From NCBI GenBank assembly GCA_964187785.1, contig OZ076409.1, forward strand, positions 7,566,001 through 7,630,000: DNA of 64,000 bases, given 5' to 3'. The position numbers were made by a program, and so were the translations under genes. The notes beneath the pieces were generated by a model, which saw only the letters and a list, made by a program, of their open reading frames with translations, was not told the DNA's origin and did not search any database. Source of the DNA: Amphiscolops sp. MND2022. Its lineage: Eukaryota. Of the stretch, positions 63,016-64,000 are shown in pieces (position 1 is the first letter of the stretch; each line of letters opens with the position of its first letter).

Positions 63016-64000
63016 TGTCACAACTACATACTCTGAGGCGGGGAGTTAGTAGAAGTTATACTTTCCATTACTTTCAATATCTCTCGGTCCAGTCTGACCG
63101 GAAAACTTCTCTCCCTTGTCTTGACAAACCAATATTTATGAAATATAGGACTTTTTGAAGGCCATTTTCTGGCAAGATCATTTATGCGGACACCGGAACT
63201 AGAGCGCTCAGTATTAAGTAAATATATAAAACTCACACTCAAGGGGGGAAGGGATTAAAGTACAAGTAACGTAGGGTTGCTCACAACCATGGCCCTTATT
63301 ATATGACATCATATTGCCCATATCTAAATACATAGGACATAATATTTACATTACAGATATTTAGTAGATTATATTTCCATCATGCTGGCATGACACTCCC
63401 CGGGTGGGATTTGGATTGAGAGTGCAGGGGCCAAATGTGCAGAGGATGGTTGTCTCGGCGTTGGCTTCGACTGCTTCCTTCGTTTAGTTGGGGAGAAAAT
63501 GACCTTCGTTAGTTCTGAATTGGCATGTCCTTCGTTTGTTCTGTCCTATGCAAACCTTCTCTGAGAAGAGGACTTTCGGCAATCGTCATGTCTGGTTTCA
63601 ATCTGGGTGATTTCGGTTAAATTTTCTCGACGCGGCAACTCTAGTTCTTGGTCCATCGAACGTCCGCTGATCTGCATTTTATTGGTTGTCATGCTTTTCA
63701 TGGGAGTTTCGGCTGGTTATTTTCGGTAGGAGCTGATTTCTTCGGAGAAAAGTTTCCCTCCAAAACGCCTACACTGAATAAACAATTCGACTAGCTTCAT
63801 TGACAAATTGGCAGCAAGTCGGAGATGAATGAACGATGAATTGTTTACACAGCGAGACATCGATGTTGATTTAGCAGACGAATGGCGCCGTTGCTCTACT
63901 ATCAGCTTCCGCGATAAGAAAGAGATGAGTCGTTGTCATAGTAACCGTTGAAGCTACTTCCGCTGTTTGAAATCTCAGCGATGAGAAAGAGATGGCCTGT
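63016..64000 (-). mobile_element. 3' end of an LTR retrotransposon (LTR 63016-63395, PPT, internal region running off the right edge)
   Basis: TGTCA...TGACA ends; minus-strand GGGGAG immediately precedes TG at 63395. Confidence 0.7.

Overview
Eukaryotic, probably invertebrate-metazoan, DNA (GT-AG introns, AT-rich) made almost entirely of nested transposable elements. No conventional host gene is evident. The left end holds a minus-strand Ty3/Gypsy element with its 5' LTR (8974-9688), and the right third holds decayed LINE, Gypsy and BEL/Pao elements plus several MITEs. The main finding is a ~29.3 kb DNA transposon (15426-44770) with 21-bp CATTA-type TIRs and a 2-bp GT target-site duplication. 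It is inserted precisely into the first CCHC knuckle of a LINE ORF1, and removing it restores IRCYRCQKFGHVSSNC. Besides a CMC-type (Chapaev/Transib/RAG1-like motifs) DDE transposase with a C-terminal BRCT-like domain, it carries three intron-containing chromatin genes. These are a tyrosine-recombinase-like + SET-domain gene, a Tudor/Royal-family-like gene, and a zinc-finger + KDM2/7-type JmjC gene whose 5' part is tandemly triplicated. Its non-coding DNA carries 166-bp tandem repeats and a same-strand ~21-bp motif. Together these suggest a transposon-encoded writer/reader/eraser chromatin (anti-silencing?) system. This copy is frameshifted and decayed. All domain calls are by eye and need HMM or structure confirmation.
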